From: Octopus sinensis | Taxonomy: Eukaryota | Reading direction: 5' to 3' | DNA: 64,000 nt | Assembly: GCF_006345805.1 (NCBI RefSeq) | Contig: NC_043014.1 | Location: 11,966,001 to 12,030,000 of the forward strand | Shown here: positions 63,943 through 64,000 of the stretch, one piece after another | Numbering within the stretch: the first letter of the stretch is position 1 | Layout: each line of letters begins with the position of its first letter | Notes under the pieces: generated by a model | Told to the model about the DNA's origin: nothing | The model's database searches: none | Seen by the model: the letters and a program-made list of their open reading frames with translations, nothing else | Program-made: the position numbers and the translations under genes

Positions 63943-64000
<58 letters not shown>

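Overview
AT-rich, microsatellite-dense animal genomic DNA. The SINE families resemble the tRNA-derived SINEs of Octopus, so an octopod origin is inferred but not proven. The window holds the 3' part of one multi-exon gene on the + strand. I chained 23 exons by hand from 1608 to 60746, and every splice phase is compatible; there is also one candidate 33-nt micro-exon. The exons encode about 3,030 aa of a giant non-classical cadherin: half of one plus 26 complete cadherin (EC) repeats, a ~140-aa non-EC membrane-adjacent domain with no EGF or laminin-G modules, one transmembrane helix and the start of a cytoplasmic tail. The gene begins upstream of the window, and its last exon was not securely found. 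The introns contain at least four tRNA-derived SINE types, Helitron pieces, mariner, Tc1 and Harbinger-type derivatives, R4/Dong-, CR1- and Tx1-type LINE remnants, two minisatellites and many microsatellites. Almost all short ORFs in the supplied track are microsatellite or SINE artefacts. Most notable observations: (1) a hammerhead-ribozyme-like motif in the spacer of a perfect 115-bp inverted repeat inside a TSD-flanked intronic insertion; (2) the commonest SINE shares its 3' tail with a Tx1-like LINE in the same window; (3) seven EC repeats carry a strictly co-occurring Cys pair, and the protein has a CDH23/PCDH15-like architecture; (4) SINE bodies and tails occur in all four combinations; (5) several LINE remnants are flanked on both sides by the same microsatellite. 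No database searches or folding computations were run.
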